DNA of 64,000 nucleotides from Antedon mediterranea (lineage: Eukaryota > Animalia > Echinodermata), in NCBI RefSeq assembly GCF_964355755.1, contig NC_092670.1, positions 40,846,388 to 40,910,387 on the forward strand, read 5' to 3'. The position numbers were made by a program, and so were the translations under genes. The notes below the pieces were generated by a model. The model searched no databases and had not been told where the DNA came from. It was given only the letters and a program-made list of their open reading frames with translations. Shown one piece after another: positions 1 to 16,310 of this stretch. Position 1 is the stretch's first letter; every line of letters starts with the position of its first letter.

Positions 1-157
1 ACACGATAAGTGTAAAGATAATTTTAGTTTTGCCGCTGATTACTTTGAGGGCGCTCTTAGATCTTGTGGGAGATAGAACACCCTATGCATATTATTATTT
101 ATTATTAAATTGTTTAATAAAAATGGAGATTAGTTAGTAGATTCGCAGTTTTTGTTG

Positions 158-260
158 TGTGGCTTGGTGGTCGACATGCTTGCTTACCAATGCCAGGGTC
201 CTTGGTTCAAATCATGTTCAGGATTTTTCTGACAATACAGCGCCACAAACCTTGTATAAA
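158..260 (+). mobile_element. tRNA-derived SINE remnant (same family as 24673-24800)
   Basis: TGGCTTGGTGG ... AGGGTCCTTGGTTCAAAT ... CAATACAGCGCCAC. Confidence 0.5.
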
Positions 261-516
261 TAATGTAATTAATTGTGCTGGGAAAAACAACCTTGGTTAA
301 AGTTTAATTGATGTTGGATTGAGTGAAAATATCATAAAACAAAACATTTCTACTGTATTTACAAAACATTTCTACTGTATTTACAAATTTATTTTGTATT
401 CTGTAATGCATTGTACAATAATACAAACAAATATGCAAACAATGCAGTCAAAATCTTTGTAATTTAATTTGTCATGATTTTAATTTGTATATTGCAGGAA
501 CAACTTCTTCGTTGCA

Positions 517-612
517 CCACTGGCCACATTACTGACAGGCAAGCTATACCACTGGCCACATTACTGACAGGCAAGCTATACCACTGGCCACATTACTGAC
601 AGGCAAGCTATA
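517..612. repeat. 32-bp tandem repeat x3
   Basis: CCACTGGCCACATTACTGACAGGCAAGCTATA at 517, 549, 581. Confidence 0.95.
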
Positions 613-844
613 AATTGTGCCAAGGTCTTGGGTTTATCATTAACCACATGGAATTTTTTATCTATCACATTGTTTCAAGTTCAACACTCAAACATTTTTA
701 AACGAACATATGACTCGACACACAACCTATGAGAGGAGGCATAAGTAACACTCTTTGCCTCCTAATATCACTTATGGAAAGCATAAACCATCTAGAAGTT
801 TAAATTCTTGTTGTTTAATGGTTAATATTCTTAATAGCAAACAC

Positions 845-3789
<2,945 letters not shown>

Positions 3790-4157
3790 CTTTTTATTTA
3801 TTTATTTGCATGCTTGACTGATTCATGATTACTGCCCTCAATTTATTATAAAAGTTTATACTAGTCTTTTGTCCAGAAACATGAACATATTTTTCATCAA
3901 TTATAATAATAATGCGTTTATCTTCTTCTCCTAATTTATTCTGAAACATGTTTATCTGTTAATTTAAAAGAATTCTGATAGATTTTGCTGTCTATAAAAA
4001 AAAATAATAGGATAAATGCATTTTGCTAAATAAAACAGCGACTGGATTTGAGCACGAGCCCTCTCTGCTGAGGGGGAATCATCGCGAGAGGTCTTTCGAT
4101 AATTTTCCCATGCTCGATTACTAAGCGACGACCGGTGATACCGCATCAAATTTGAAG
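3790..4157. promoter_or_regulatory. Short bidirectional promoter region between crotonase gene and TCP1
   Basis: Divergent start codons 368 bp apart; CpG-containing patch around 4040-4160 in AT-rich surroundings. Confidence 0.7.
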
Positions 4158-7100
4158 ATGTCGACTACAAAACCCCTTGTTGTAGGTGGAGAAAGGACAA
4201 CTGGTGCAACTGTTCGCACTCAAAATGGTTAGTTTAAATTTCTGTGCTATTTTACCATTGTAACATTTTAATCAGATCATAATATTTAAGCATTTTATGA
4301 CAATTTCCGTTAACCTCTCCGATGATCATCCATGCGTAACGTAGGCCTAGCCCATCGAACGTTGGGGGAATATTCTAGAATTCGTTGAGGACAAGGCGTT
4401 TCCAGCCCGATAGCCATGCAAATTTGAGGCTGGTTCAGGGGTTAGGCTTAAACACCAGTAAGCTAGTGTTGCTGTACACAGATACAATATTTTAGTAGGC
4501 AATGAACAAAACAAAAAACATTTAAACATTTATTTAAATTAATTAATAATTTTTAAAAATGTTTTCTTTTTTATTATTAAATATTAAAAAAAAAAAAATA
4601 ATAATTAAGCTTGAAGCCTTGGAGAGCAGTTAAATAAAGATTAAAGTTAATAATATAATTTGCGTATAATTTTTAACATGAAAATATTTTTTTGTTTTAC
4701 TTTTCTGCATTGAATGTTACCTTTGTGAACTTCAGAAACTGAATAAATAATTAAAAAACAAATTACACTGTGTTTGAGTAGGTTATTAACTAGGCCTAGA
4801 AAGTTATTTTATTTTTAGTCTAGATCTAGGCTAGGCCAAGGCCTTGGCTAAATAAATTAAATTTAAAAAAAATAATAATCCACATTTTGTTTACCTACAG
4901 TCATGGCAGCAGCAGCAGTAGCCAACATTGTCAAGAGCTCTCTTGGACCAGTGGGGCTAGATAAGATGCTGGTGGATGATGTTGGGGTAAGTTGCTTTAA
5001 ATCTCTGAACAAACGAAGTGTGATGTGCCCAAATATGGTAGTGATATGCTCAAATGTGCTAGTGATATGACCAAATATGATAGTGATATGACATCATCAT
5101 GTCCATATATGGGCACATCACATTTTTTGTCACATAAAGTTTGATAGTGTAGACAGCTTTATATTGTGTAAATCATATTTGTTTGATTGACAGGATGTAA
5201 CTGTCACAAATGATGGCGCCACAATTCTTAAGCTGTTGGAAGTAGAGCATCCAGCTGCCAAGGTTCTGGTAGAATTAGCAGATTTGCAGGATCAAGAAGT
5301 TGGAGATGGAACTACATCAGTGGTAAGAATTTAATAATTTGACAACATTGCTTGCTCACTTGGCTTTCTCATTTTGGTTAATACATGCATAGGTTTGCAA
5401 GTGTAAACTATGACTGCAAATATGTTTACATGAATCCTGCATTTGTAAAAAATTAACATTTTAAATAATGTTTATATGTTTTCTTTTTAGGTAATCATAG
5501 CTGCTGAGCTTCTAAAACATGCAGATGAATTAGTAAAACAGAAGATCCACCCAACAACCATCATCAGTGGATACCGACTTGCTTGCAAGTAAGTATGCAC
5601 TCAAACAGATAGTTAGTTGCACAGACAGAGGTACTGTACAATGACCTTGACAAACCTTGAGTAAACTTTCAAAAGAGTTTTTATTCCAATTTAAAACAAA
5701 ACTAACGCAACATATAAATGAAAGAAAAGAAAGAACAATCACAAAGTTTTCTAAATTGTTAATATTCTTGCTTTATCAAGGGAGGCATGCAAGTACATCC
5801 AAGAACATCTTACAATAAGTACAGAAGATCTTGGTAGAGAAAGTGTAATCAATGCAGCTAAAACCACTATGTCATCTAAACTAATTGGCAGGTAAGTAAC
5901 TGCTCATGTTTAAGTATTTGCTTATTTTTCCCAACACCAAAAGTATTTGTACCTACTGTATGTTCCTGTAAACCAATGTTCAATGATAACAAATTAAAAA
6001 ATAAAAACAAGTATGGATTGTGATTTTTTTTAGGGATAATGAATTCTGGTCTAACTTGTTGGTTGATGCAACAATGGCAATCAAGACAACTGATGCCAAA
6101 GGCAACTCTAGGTACCCAATAAAAGCTATCAACATACTGAAAGCACATGGACGTAGTGCTACTGAGAGTAAACTAATCAATGGTTATGCACTTAATTGCA
6201 CCGTTGCATCACAAGGTAACATTTTATTTAGATTTAGGGGAATAAAATAATATCTATACATTTTTTTGTCTATATCTAAATTTAATTTTTTTTTTTTTTT
6301 AAAGTCAATCAGTCCATCACCCCAGTTACTCTATAGGCTTAACCAACCCTGTGACTTGCCAAATTTATGCCAACCTTAATTCCGTTTAGGGAAGCAATTT
6401 CCAGAATTCAGAAAATCACTGAATAATGGAAATTTACTGCAAATTATTATCTTAAATATTTTAAATTATAATCCACACTCCAGCCACATGATTTACTACT
6501 AATTAACTAAAACTATTTTCTAATAACTAAATGTTATTTTATTTTGTAGCAATGAAGAAACAAATCCAGAACGCTAAGATTGCGTGTCTTGACTTTAGCT
6601 TACAGAAAGCAAAAATGCATCTTGGTGTACATGTTATTGTTGATGACCCAGAAAAGTTAGATGCTATCAGGCAAAGGTTGGTATTTTATAGTTTTAAGTT
6701 ATTCATTTATTTTAGCACACAAATCATCCCTTAAGCTCTGTCCACACTAACAAAGTTGACAAAAAAAGTGTGATGTGCCCAAATATGGTAGTGATATACC
6801 TAACTAAATAATATGTGCCCATATATGGATGATGTCATACCAAACACATGTGTTCTTTATCCCCATGAACCTTCTCTGTATTTTATTTGATACAATATAT
6901 TTTCTGAACAAATTATTAATTACATAATTGTTTATTATTTAAATATAATGTAATCAATTGGTAATGCATCTTTGACAGAGAATCTGACATAACCAAAGAA
7001 CGAATTCAGAAGATTATTAACGCCGGGGCAAATGTGATCCTGACCACCGGTGGCATCGATGATCTTTGTCTTAAGTACTTTGTAGAGTCTGGGGCTATGG

Positions 7101-9063
7101 CTGTTAGACGGTGTAGGAAGCAGGACTTAAAGAGAATTGCTAAAGCTACAGGAGGTAGGGGGTGTTTTCAAGTTTTATCTGTTGCTTTTTAAATCATTTT
7201 TTGACATAGAATAAAATATGTTGCAAGAAAAGAAAGTGGAACAAAAACAAACTATATTAATATTTCTAATTTATTTTTTTTTGCAGCACAATTATTGGTA
7301 ACTCTAGCTAACCTGGAAGGTGAAGAGAGCTTTGATGCCAGCATGTTGGGTCATGCTGAAGCTGTAGTACAAGAAAGAGTTTGTGATGATGAACTTATCC
7401 TTGTCAAAAAGTAAGTCTGCATGCTTAAGACTTCTATTGCTTATACATACAACCTTTTCAATAATATCATCAAAATTGCTTATACAGTTGACCATCTACA
7501 ACAAACCAAACTTGTCTTGAGGTCCACAGGGCTCAACTTAATTTTTACTATAAAAAAAATGCATTTGAAGTACAAGAATTTCTTGAAAATCAGAAATTAA
7601 GGATGTCCGATATTTACAAAGTTGAAAAACTTTTACACGACAGCAAAGATAAATATATGTATATTTATAATTAATATTTTTTTGTAGAAATGTACTATAC
7701 ATGTTCTTATGGTTATCATTATTATATGGCAAAAAAAATATTACGATTGATTGAATAAAGAAAATTAAAAAATAATAAATTTATTTGCAGCCCCAAAGTA
7801 AAGAGTGCAGCCTCCCTGATTCTACGTGGCGCCAATGACTTCCAATGTGATGAGATGGAGAGATCAGTCCATGATGTATTGTGTGTTATTAAACGAGTAT
7901 TGGAAAGTAAAACAGTGGTACCAGGAGGAGGCGCAGTGGAAGCTGCTCTTTCCATCTACTTGGAAAACCTGGCAACCTCATTGGTAAGTTATTTGGGTCA
8001 TGTTTTAGCATCTGGTGGTATAGTATTTATGGGTTTAGATTTATCTTGTCTAACCTGTCTAGCAAAAAATCATCATCAGTTTTCAAAATAATCTAAGCAA
8101 ATATTGTTCAATTTTTTCTTCAATCTTGGATAACCAATTCTATTCTATAATATGAGCTGGTTTGATAAATAAAGCCTAAGTGTGTTTCAGTCTTTAAATT
8201 CTACAAATACTGGGCTTTCTGAGAGAACAGTGTTTGACTAAAGAGGTCGTCGCCAGTATAAAGAAGAAATGAATTAAACAACATAATTGATAATGCCAGC
8301 CCTGTTATTTGTTATTTGTGAAGTTATGTTTTATAGTTTTAGAGACAGGTATTGTTAATGTTGGTTTATGTTTATCTGAAATTTGAAACTATAGAATAGC
8401 AGTTTAAATAAGGGTGAGTAGAATTAAACTATAGAATAGCAGTTTAAATAAGGGCGAGTAGAATTAAACCGATGTTTTTATTTGTTATTTATATGTTCTT
8501 AACAGAGTTCTCGTGAGCAGTTAGCTATTGCAGAGTTTGCCAATTCATTGTTAGTTATCCCCAAGATCTTGGCTGTGAATGCAGCAAAGGATTCCATTGA
8601 CTTGGTGGCCAAGCTCAGAGCCTATCACAACCTGTCACAAATGAAGGCTGATAAAGCACACCTCAAATGGTAAGAACATGCTTATTACTATCAAACTAGT
8701 TTGACAAAAAGTGTGTTGTGCCCAAATATGGTACTGATATGTCCAAAGTGTTATTTATGGTAGGCAGCCACTGCACTTTGGCTGTCACGATTCTGTTGAT
8801 CTGAATTTCTTTAGTTCAAGGCTCAGAAATAATAATTATTTATGTTTGCTCTCAGGGTTGGTCTTGATTTGTATGAAGGTGTAGTACGAGACAACAAGAC
8901 AGCGGGAGTCTTTGAACCTGGTATCTGTAAAATCAAATCACTCAAGTTTGCTACAGAGGCAGCCATCACAATTCTGCGTATTGATGACTTGATTAAACTA
9001 GCACCAGAAGAGAAGGAGAAGTCGTACAGTGATGCTGTCCGAGCTGGAGAACTCAATGGATGA
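4158..9063 (+). CDS. TCP1: T-complex protein 1 subunit alpha (CCT-alpha), 12 coding exons
   Basis: Exons 4158-4227, 4901-4986, 5194-5322, 5491-5588, 5781-5891, 6034-6215, 6550-6676, 6979-7154, 7287-7410, 7791-7983, 8506-8669, 8856-9063. Motifs [75 protein letters not shown] are characteristic of CCT-alpha. Confidence 0.97.
4367..4381. promoter_or_regulatory. Heat-shock element (three inverted nGAAn units) in TCP1 intron 1
   Basis: gGAAtaTTCtaGAAt matches nGAAnnTTCnnGAAn exactly, 140 bp into intron 1 of a chaperonin gene. Confidence 0.6.
8207..8350 (+). ncRNA. Weak candidate intronic box H/ACA snoRNA (TCP1 intron 10)
   Basis: ATACTGG...CCAGTAT stem, then AAAGAA (ANANNA), second stem AACATAA...TTATGTT, ACA at 8345-8347; ~144 nt. 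Upper stems are weak. Confidence 0.25.
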
Positions 9064-9586
9064 GGAGTGGGTGCAGAAAGGTCATTTAGTGAGAAAATGG
9101 TGGGGCGTGCTGGGGCCAACATTTAATTACTGCAAACTGAAATCCTGAATTTTAAAATATACATGCCGAATTGCTTGATGTTATTCAATTGTAATTCCTA
9201 TGTTCAATTGTTATACATGTCAAGAGTATGAAATTCCTTTAAAAGCTTATAAACTTACTCCAATATTTGTGTGGTGGTGATGTGCTTAGTGTTCTAAATT
9301 AGCCAATGCAATATCTTAAGTTAACCGTTCAAATATCTAAATACATGGTTCAGCTTTCCTAGTATGTTTAAGTTTATCAACTTTAAGCACCTGGTATGGT
9401 GTGCATTTTAATATTATCCACCTACCTATACACCTGTGTTGAACAATCCAAATATTTGTAGGTCACAGGTGTCATTACTGAAATTACTGCAGCAATGGTG
9501 AGGAGTGAATCATTTGTTGCAGTAACTAGTAGTTACTTTATCAATGTTAGTGTTTTTTTGTATTGTAAGCAATGATGCTATCTAGA

Positions 9587-9592
9587 AATAAA
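9587..9592 (+). terminator. Likely TCP1 polyadenylation signal
   Basis: AATAAA ~520 nt after the stop, followed by GT/T-rich sequence (TGTATTGTTGGTTATTTT). Confidence 0.55.
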
Positions 9593-9949
9593 TAATTGCA
9601 AGGCACTGTATTGTTGGTTATTTTATGAACGCCATTTTATGATTCATTCATTTTCTTTATTGGTAGGTAGTTAGGTACCCTTTCACATCGTATAGAAAAA
9701 CTCCGGAATTACACACAGCATTTTTTGTTGTGTACGCCCTGGTATGTGCAAACTTCAAGCGATATAAAAGAGGTATAAATATACAGTTACTAAATTTGAA
9801 TAAGGTCTTCGAAGTAATCATAAATTTCATTTTATTTAATACTTCCCCTTGAATATAAATGTTTACATAAAATGATAAATAGAGAGACAACATCAATGCA
9901 TTAATAAATAAAATTTAGGTTTAAATTCGTGCAAAACTGCTGCACTAAT

Positions 9950-12900
9950 CTATCTATTCTTGAGGTAATATGTCATGTTTTCATAAACTACAAATGTGAT
10001 ACAGCAAGCTGGTGTGACTCGTAACAGGTTGGGAAACATTCCTTTGTAGAAACCTCTCCATCTCTCTTTACTGAAAAAAAGAAAAAACAGTGAACTATGT
10101 TGAAGGCATTCAATTTAGTTTACCTATAACATATTTTTTAAATTTTATTTTTTAAATTTTAATTCAACTTCATCCAACAGCTAAAAATCACTAATTATAG
10201 GATGCCTAACTGCTATCTGGCATAAGCTTTATTTTGATTTGAGCTGGTAGGTGGAATATGTATTTTATCAATATTCCGTACTCCGTGTTTTTTTATGCAA
10301 ACAGTGTTCATGACGTGAACGGTAAACCAGACAAACCATAGCTGTAAAGTTCATATTAAGATACTGAATAAATTACCGGTATGTTTAAGTTAAGTTCATA
10401 CTAAGAATACTCATACCGGTATGTTTAAGTTAAGGTAAGTTCATACTAAGAATTCTCATACCGGTATGTTTTAGTTATTGCATCAAGTGTTCCTGAGTAA
10501 GTGGTGTGTCGGTCTTGAAGTCTGGATCTAACTACTTGATATGGGTAAGTTGTAACGACAGCAAACATCTTAGATAGTGCAGCGAATGTTATGTACTCTA
10601 GGGGATTCTGACATAAAACAAACATAAATTGTGTGAATGCATAAAATTGCATATGCTCAATGGAATTGTAACAAAAAATAATTTAAACCATTATCAACAT
10701 TTTGAAGAGTCATCAATTGGCATTTACTCAAAGGATTCCACAAATCTGTGATGTAACCGCTAACTGGCATAAGGTAAGTACGTACTAAAGGATATAATAA
10801 TGACTATAAAATGCTATTTAGTTATTTATACTTTTAAAGAAAAGTAATCCTACTTAAAGGATGTTTCTATTCCATTATGGAACAATTCCCCAAGTGAAAT
10901 ATTTGTGTTAAAGTTGTTTCTTTTATTGATTTACAGTACAATAAGTATACACTTAAATGTGAATTGATTTACAGTACAATAAGTATACACTTAAATGTGA
11001 ATTGATTTACAGTACAATAAGTATACACTTAAATGTGAATTGATTTACAGTACAATAAGTATACACTTAAATGTGAATTTACAGTACAATAAGTATACAC
11101 TTAAATGTGAATTGATTTACAGTACAATAAGTATACACTTAAATGTGAATTTACAGTACAATAAGTATACACTTAAATGTGAATTTACAGTACAATAAGT
11201 ATACACTTAAATGTGAATTTACAGTACAATAAGTATACACTTAAATGTGAATTTACAGTACAATAAGTATACACTTAAATGTGAATTTACAGTACAATAA
11301 GTATACACTTAAATGTGAATTTACAGTACAATAAGTATACACTTAAATGTGAATTTACTGTACAATAAGTATACACTTAAATGTGAATTACAGTACAATA
11401 AGTATACACTTAAATGTGAATTTACAGTACAATAAGTATACACTTAAATGTGAATTTACAGTACAATAAGTATACACTTAAATGTGAATTTACAGTACAA
11501 TAAGTATACACTTAAATGTGAATTTACAGTACAATAAGTATACACTTAAATGTGAATTTACAGTACAATAAGTATACACTTAAATGTGAATTTACAGTAC
11601 AATAAGTATACACTTAAATGTGAATTTACTGTACAATAAGTATACACTTAAATGTGAATTACAGTACAATAAGTATACACTTAAATGTGAATTTACAGTA
11701 CAATAAGTATACACTTAAATGTGAATTGATTTACAGTACAATAAGTATACACTTAAATGTGAATTTACAGTACAATAAGTATACACTTAAATGTGAATTT
11801 ACAGTACAATAAGTATACACTTAAATGTGAATTTACAGTACAATAAGTATACACTTAAATGTGAATTTACAGTACAATAAGTATACACTTAAATGTGAAT
11901 TTACTGTACAATAAGTATACACTTAAATGTGAATTACAGTACAATAAGTATACACTTAAATGTGAATTTACAGTACAATAAGTATACACTTAAATGTGAA
12001 TTTACAGTACAATAAGTATACACTTAAATGTGAATTTACTGTACAATAAGTATACACTTAAATGTGAATTACAGTACAATAAGTATACACTTAAATGTGA
12101 ATTGATTTACAGTACAATAAGTATACACTTAAATGTGAATTGATTTACAGTACAATAAGTATACACTTAAATGTGAATTGATTTACAGTACAATAAGTAT
12201 ACACTTAAATGTGAATTTTATCAAACTTACTTGCAACTTATTGACCTCTTGACCTTTATACAAAGCATAATTCTTTTTTAGTTCTTCATATGCCATAAAC
12301 TGCAATGCACCATGGGATACTCCAAATAAGCCAGGTAATAAACCCTAAACAGATCATTTAAGTACTGTATGAATTATAACTTGCTGTTATGTTAAACTTT
12401 GTGCTTGTCTCAGTCCCTCTTAATCACTTTTTTTCCTCAAAGAAAACTGTATAACTGACTCTACTCTATATCAATGATGTTGAACGAATTGTCTGAACAA
12501 GGCTAGATAATTGTGCTTTACTCAGTCCCTCTTCATCACTCAGTTTGTAAATACTTGTGCTTAACCCACTCCCCTGTTTGTCATTTAATGTGTTGTTGGA
12601 AAAATGAAGTGTACCTTGTATAAACCACCTAGTCCTTCAAAGCGGTAGATCTTGCGTAGTGCATCTACCATACCTGTATACTTGGCACTATTTGACGCTA
12701 CACCTATATTGTTAACGCCGTCATATTGCAGACACAAACGGGTCTTGACGACCCAGATAGGATTCGTTATAAATAATGTTACAACTCCTGATAAAATAAA
12801 AAACATATTACAGTATGTTATTTAGGTCACTACAAATGAAGCCTCGCCATTCACTCTATTAATGGTGTAACGGCTATGAGTGCTCACTGGCAAAACACAG

Positions 12901-13936
12901 GGGTCCCAGAACATGAGCAGCCCAATGCAACTATCCAGTGTTGGAGGGCCCCTTACGAGTTCTAAACCAGGGGCCTTTTCCCCCTGCGTTACGCCACTGC
13001 ACTCCGTTGCATTCTGTAGCATTGTGTGTATAACATATTGATTGTGTCTTCACCTGATTGGGCAGCAGCTAACATGTGATGTCCTGGTCCTAATGATTTC
13101 ATTTCCTCGCCCTGCATGTAACTTTTAATAGCATTGTAACTGGAATGAACAAGAAATAATTACATATAATAGATAAACCAGTTATAACTGGATTGTTAGG
13201 CATGACGTATACATATACAATAGAAACCCTCCCTTTTTGGGATTCTGCTTTCAGAGGACAATTTTCTTTGACAACAAAAAACAAGAAGGGGAAATGTTTT
13301 AACATTACATTGAACCCCTATTCAGGAACACCCTTTAATTAAGAGAGAACACTTTGTTGGGTCCTGAAGGTGTCTCCTTAAAGGGGTTTTACTGTAATAT
13401 TACACCTAAGAAGATATGTTAGAAATAAATCAAAATGTTACATTTGTTATCTGCTGCACTTACAAGAAAAAATAGAAACCCCATGATGCACCAGCTCCCC
13501 AAATGTTTGGTGTTACTCCTTGGTACAATCCAATGTATCCCTGCTTTCTAACGATTGATTTAAAGGCTTGAACAAAGCCGGTATAAGTGGGACGAACAAT
13601 TATTCCATCATTCACTAGTACAAGAGAGAGGCAAATAATAAATTAGAAGAACAAAAACCTACTGCTTTATGCCCAGTTGATTTACTTAAATAGTAGGCCT
13701 ACAGTACTCGTCTTTCCATTCCTCGTCAACCGTCAGCTTCTCCTCCACGCAATCCACTAAATATGGTCCATCACTAAATTTCTAGCCTAGCTAAATGAAT
13801 TCTAAAAACATGTGTAAATACCTTGAAGTCTAATTTTTAGTAAATCAAAAGGATGTAGAACCAATGTTGAAAGAATACCACCACTGATTCCAGCTACAAA
13901 GTGCTCATAATTAAGTCCTTTTAGTCCAGACATCAT
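9950..13936 (-). CDS. SLC25A32: Mitochondrial folate/FAD carrier (SLC25 family), 7 coding exons
   Basis: Exons 13936-13822, 13614-13464, 13139-13054, 12787-12615, 12344-12231, 10607-10462, 10070-9950. Three carrier signatures [36 protein letters not shown]; [23 protein letters not shown] and [19 protein letters not shown] typical of this subfamily. Confidence 0.93.
10926..12218. repeat. Minisatellite, 33/34/38-bp unit, ~37 copies, in SLC25A32 intron 5
   Basis: Unit TTTACAGTACAATAAGTATACACTTAAATGTGAA(+/-TTGA); no unique spacers. Confidence 0.97.
12860..12999. mobile_element. hAT-like non-autonomous element remnant
   Basis: GC-rich intronic island ending GTTACGCCACTG with degenerate left end ATGGTGTAAC. 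Confidence 0.45.
13306..13397. mobile_element. Small TA-flanked MITE
   Basis: TACATTGAACCCCT ... AGGGGTTTTACTGTA imperfect TIRs; similar left end at ~24827. Confidence 0.55.
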
Positions 13937-15401
13937 ATAATATAAAATAAAACGATGACATAAAGTTTTATTTTACCATCTTTACCATGCTGGTTGTTTG
14001 TCGCCCTCTTTGTTTGATGCAAAATAGGGGAATCCCCGGCGTGAAGTAAACAAATAATTTGCATATTAATTAACTTTCCTTTAATGAAAACAACGTTATT
14101 TAAAGAAAGGACAAATTAAATTACTTTATAATCGTTTATTTGTTTCTGTCTCAAATGTTTATTATAGAGCCTGAAATATAAATACGTTTGTCATCGATTT
14201 ACGGTCAATTAATAATATTTATCTTTCTGTTAGAAGAAATTTGGAAAATTAAGTTACTTCCACGTTTCACTTTAAAGTTATTTTTTTTAATGAAATGTAT
14301 AATCAGCTCTTGAGGTTGATTACATAGTCAGTCATTTATACTTTATGACGTAATGTAAGATGGAACGCGCCTCGAAGATTCCACCAGTGAATGAACCAAT
14401 CAAATGCGTTGTTATTACGCTACAGTTTACAGTTATCATTAATAACAGAGATCATCTCATGGAAATGAAGGTTATGAGACACCCGTGGAGATTGGATGGG
14501 GTTGTTAACACGATTGTAACTAAAGACAAACATTTGAAAAATAAATTCTGATTGATATGAATAGGAAAATTAAATGTGATTATAGAAGAATTTGGACGAT
14601 AGTGTCGATATTGGCCGCTTTGATGATGAATATTAAAATTACTGGTATAATAATAATAATGACGATGATGATAGAATTATCTTGATGATAATCATTATTA
14701 GCGGCCCTATTTGAATTTGATTGAAAAATCATAAAATACATACAAAATACTGACTGACATTACAGAAAAATATATTTATAGAAGATTTTCACTAGTGAAA
14801 TTGTTCAGGATAGCTCCAATTTGAAGCTTTATTTCCGATGTTGACCATCTTTAATGATGATGATAATATGACATGACACACTAACATTTATATTGTGAGA
14901 ACGAATGACAATGTTATTATGTTATAGTTAATATGATGTTGATGATAGAACACATCAATTTAATTACACACAAAAAAAAATTAACAATTTTACGAATTGT
15001 AGCATCCAAAACAAAAATCGTTTTGTCCTTTTGACACGGTTTCCGATACGTTAACGTGAAGGCTTCCTATACGTTATTAACTTATCGTTGTGGCTTCAAT
15101 TACAAAGGTCACTGGACACATAGCTTTAGCTAATTAAATATTTTATATCAACTTTGATTTATCATTTTAATTCCATAGACCACTGAAGACCAAACATGCC
15201 TATCCTCAATCGCCTGCTTATTTTTATAATTAAATTTTAAAAATAAATAAAACATAGAACAATATTTAAGATTTAAATATTAGTGAGAGATAACGAAAGT
15301 CCGACAAATTATAATTAAGTGACCACTAAGCCATGACGACCGGTTCATTTTAGTGGTTCGGTACAGCAGACGTACCGTGGCAGTGATGAACACAGTGGCC
15401 A

Positions 15402-15411
15402 CCTTATATGG
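15402..15411. promoter_or_regulatory. CArG box (SRF site) at putative twitchin promoter
   Basis: CCTTATATGG = CC(A/T)6GG, ~140 bp upstream of a strong donor CAG|GTAAGA at 15549. Confidence 0.55.
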
Positions 15412-15429
15412 TAAATACCAACTCGCTGA

Positions 15430-15549
15430 TGAGGCTTGAACTAAGCAAGCGATCGTAAGCCTCACTGTAACTTCTGGTATTCAGGTAGAATAGCAGAAGG
15501 ACGGTTCTTACTGGATTTGTGTTAATCTTTACGTTATGTACCGAACCAG
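15430..15549 (+). other. Putative non-coding first exon of the twitchin gene (5' end approximate)
   Basis: Strong donor CAG|GTAAGA at 15549/15550; the first coding exon has an acceptor (TTTTCAG, 19570) just 5 nt before its ATG, so an upstream exon is expected. Confidence 0.45.
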
Positions 15550-16310
15550 GTAAGAGGATTAGCCTAGGATTAATATTTTTCTTTATGAATATTTGGAATT
15601 ATTATTTTGTTAAATCATTTAATTTTGATTTTGTGATATTTTATCAGCAATAAGTGTGTACGTTGGAATTACAGTTGGTATATTATTCAATGGACTTATG
15701 CGGGAGAACGTTTGGAATGTTTTAATCAATTATATCATTGCCTCTAGAATCAGTTTACTTTTCATAAATGTATTCGTTGTATTCAAGTATTATAGGATTT
15801 ACGTACGGTATTTTTCTTTACGTATCATTAAAAATGTCAACAAAATCAACGTTTTATATTATTTAATATCTAAGCATTTGTACAAATAAGAAAATATTAG
15901 CACTATAGGCCTAAATAATGTTTGAATAAGAATATATAAATGTATCGCAATGTTGAACAGAGGTGTATTATTTTCTGGGGTCAGGTTTTCTGTCCGTCCA
16001 ACAGTATAATCGCACGGATGATGTCTATACGTTATACATACAGAAACAAGGCTGTTAGTGTAAATAGGGCCACTTGTATCTTTTCTCTACATACATATAA
16101 ATCTAAAATAATCATTTTAATAAAGTTTTTATATTACAATATTGTATTCACATAGATTGTTTTGTTGGTGTTTCAATGCATCCAATGAAAAATTAGCGGT
16201 GGTTTAGTTTTACAGCATACACAATTAAAACATACAATGTTATTTTGATTTGATTCAAGAGCCAAATATTATTTCATTTATGATTGACACAAACGACTCA
16301 TAAACAGTAA

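Noticed and set aside
158-215. tRNA gene
   Set aside because: A/B-box-like motifs but no cloverleaf; better explained as a decayed SINE head.
4342-4490. Multi-hairpin RNA in TCP1 intron 1
   Set aside because: Pairings are short, partly due to the TAGGCCTA motif and HSE; no clear snoRNA boxes.
5345-5462. snoRNA in TCP1 intron 3
   Set aside because: Only weak AT-rich stems; H and ACA boxes not convincingly placed.
9483-9525. Hairpin in TCP1 3' UTR as SECIS or miRNA
   Set aside because: No SECIS core or in-frame UGA; similar TACTGCAGTAA palindromes recur elsewhere in the window.
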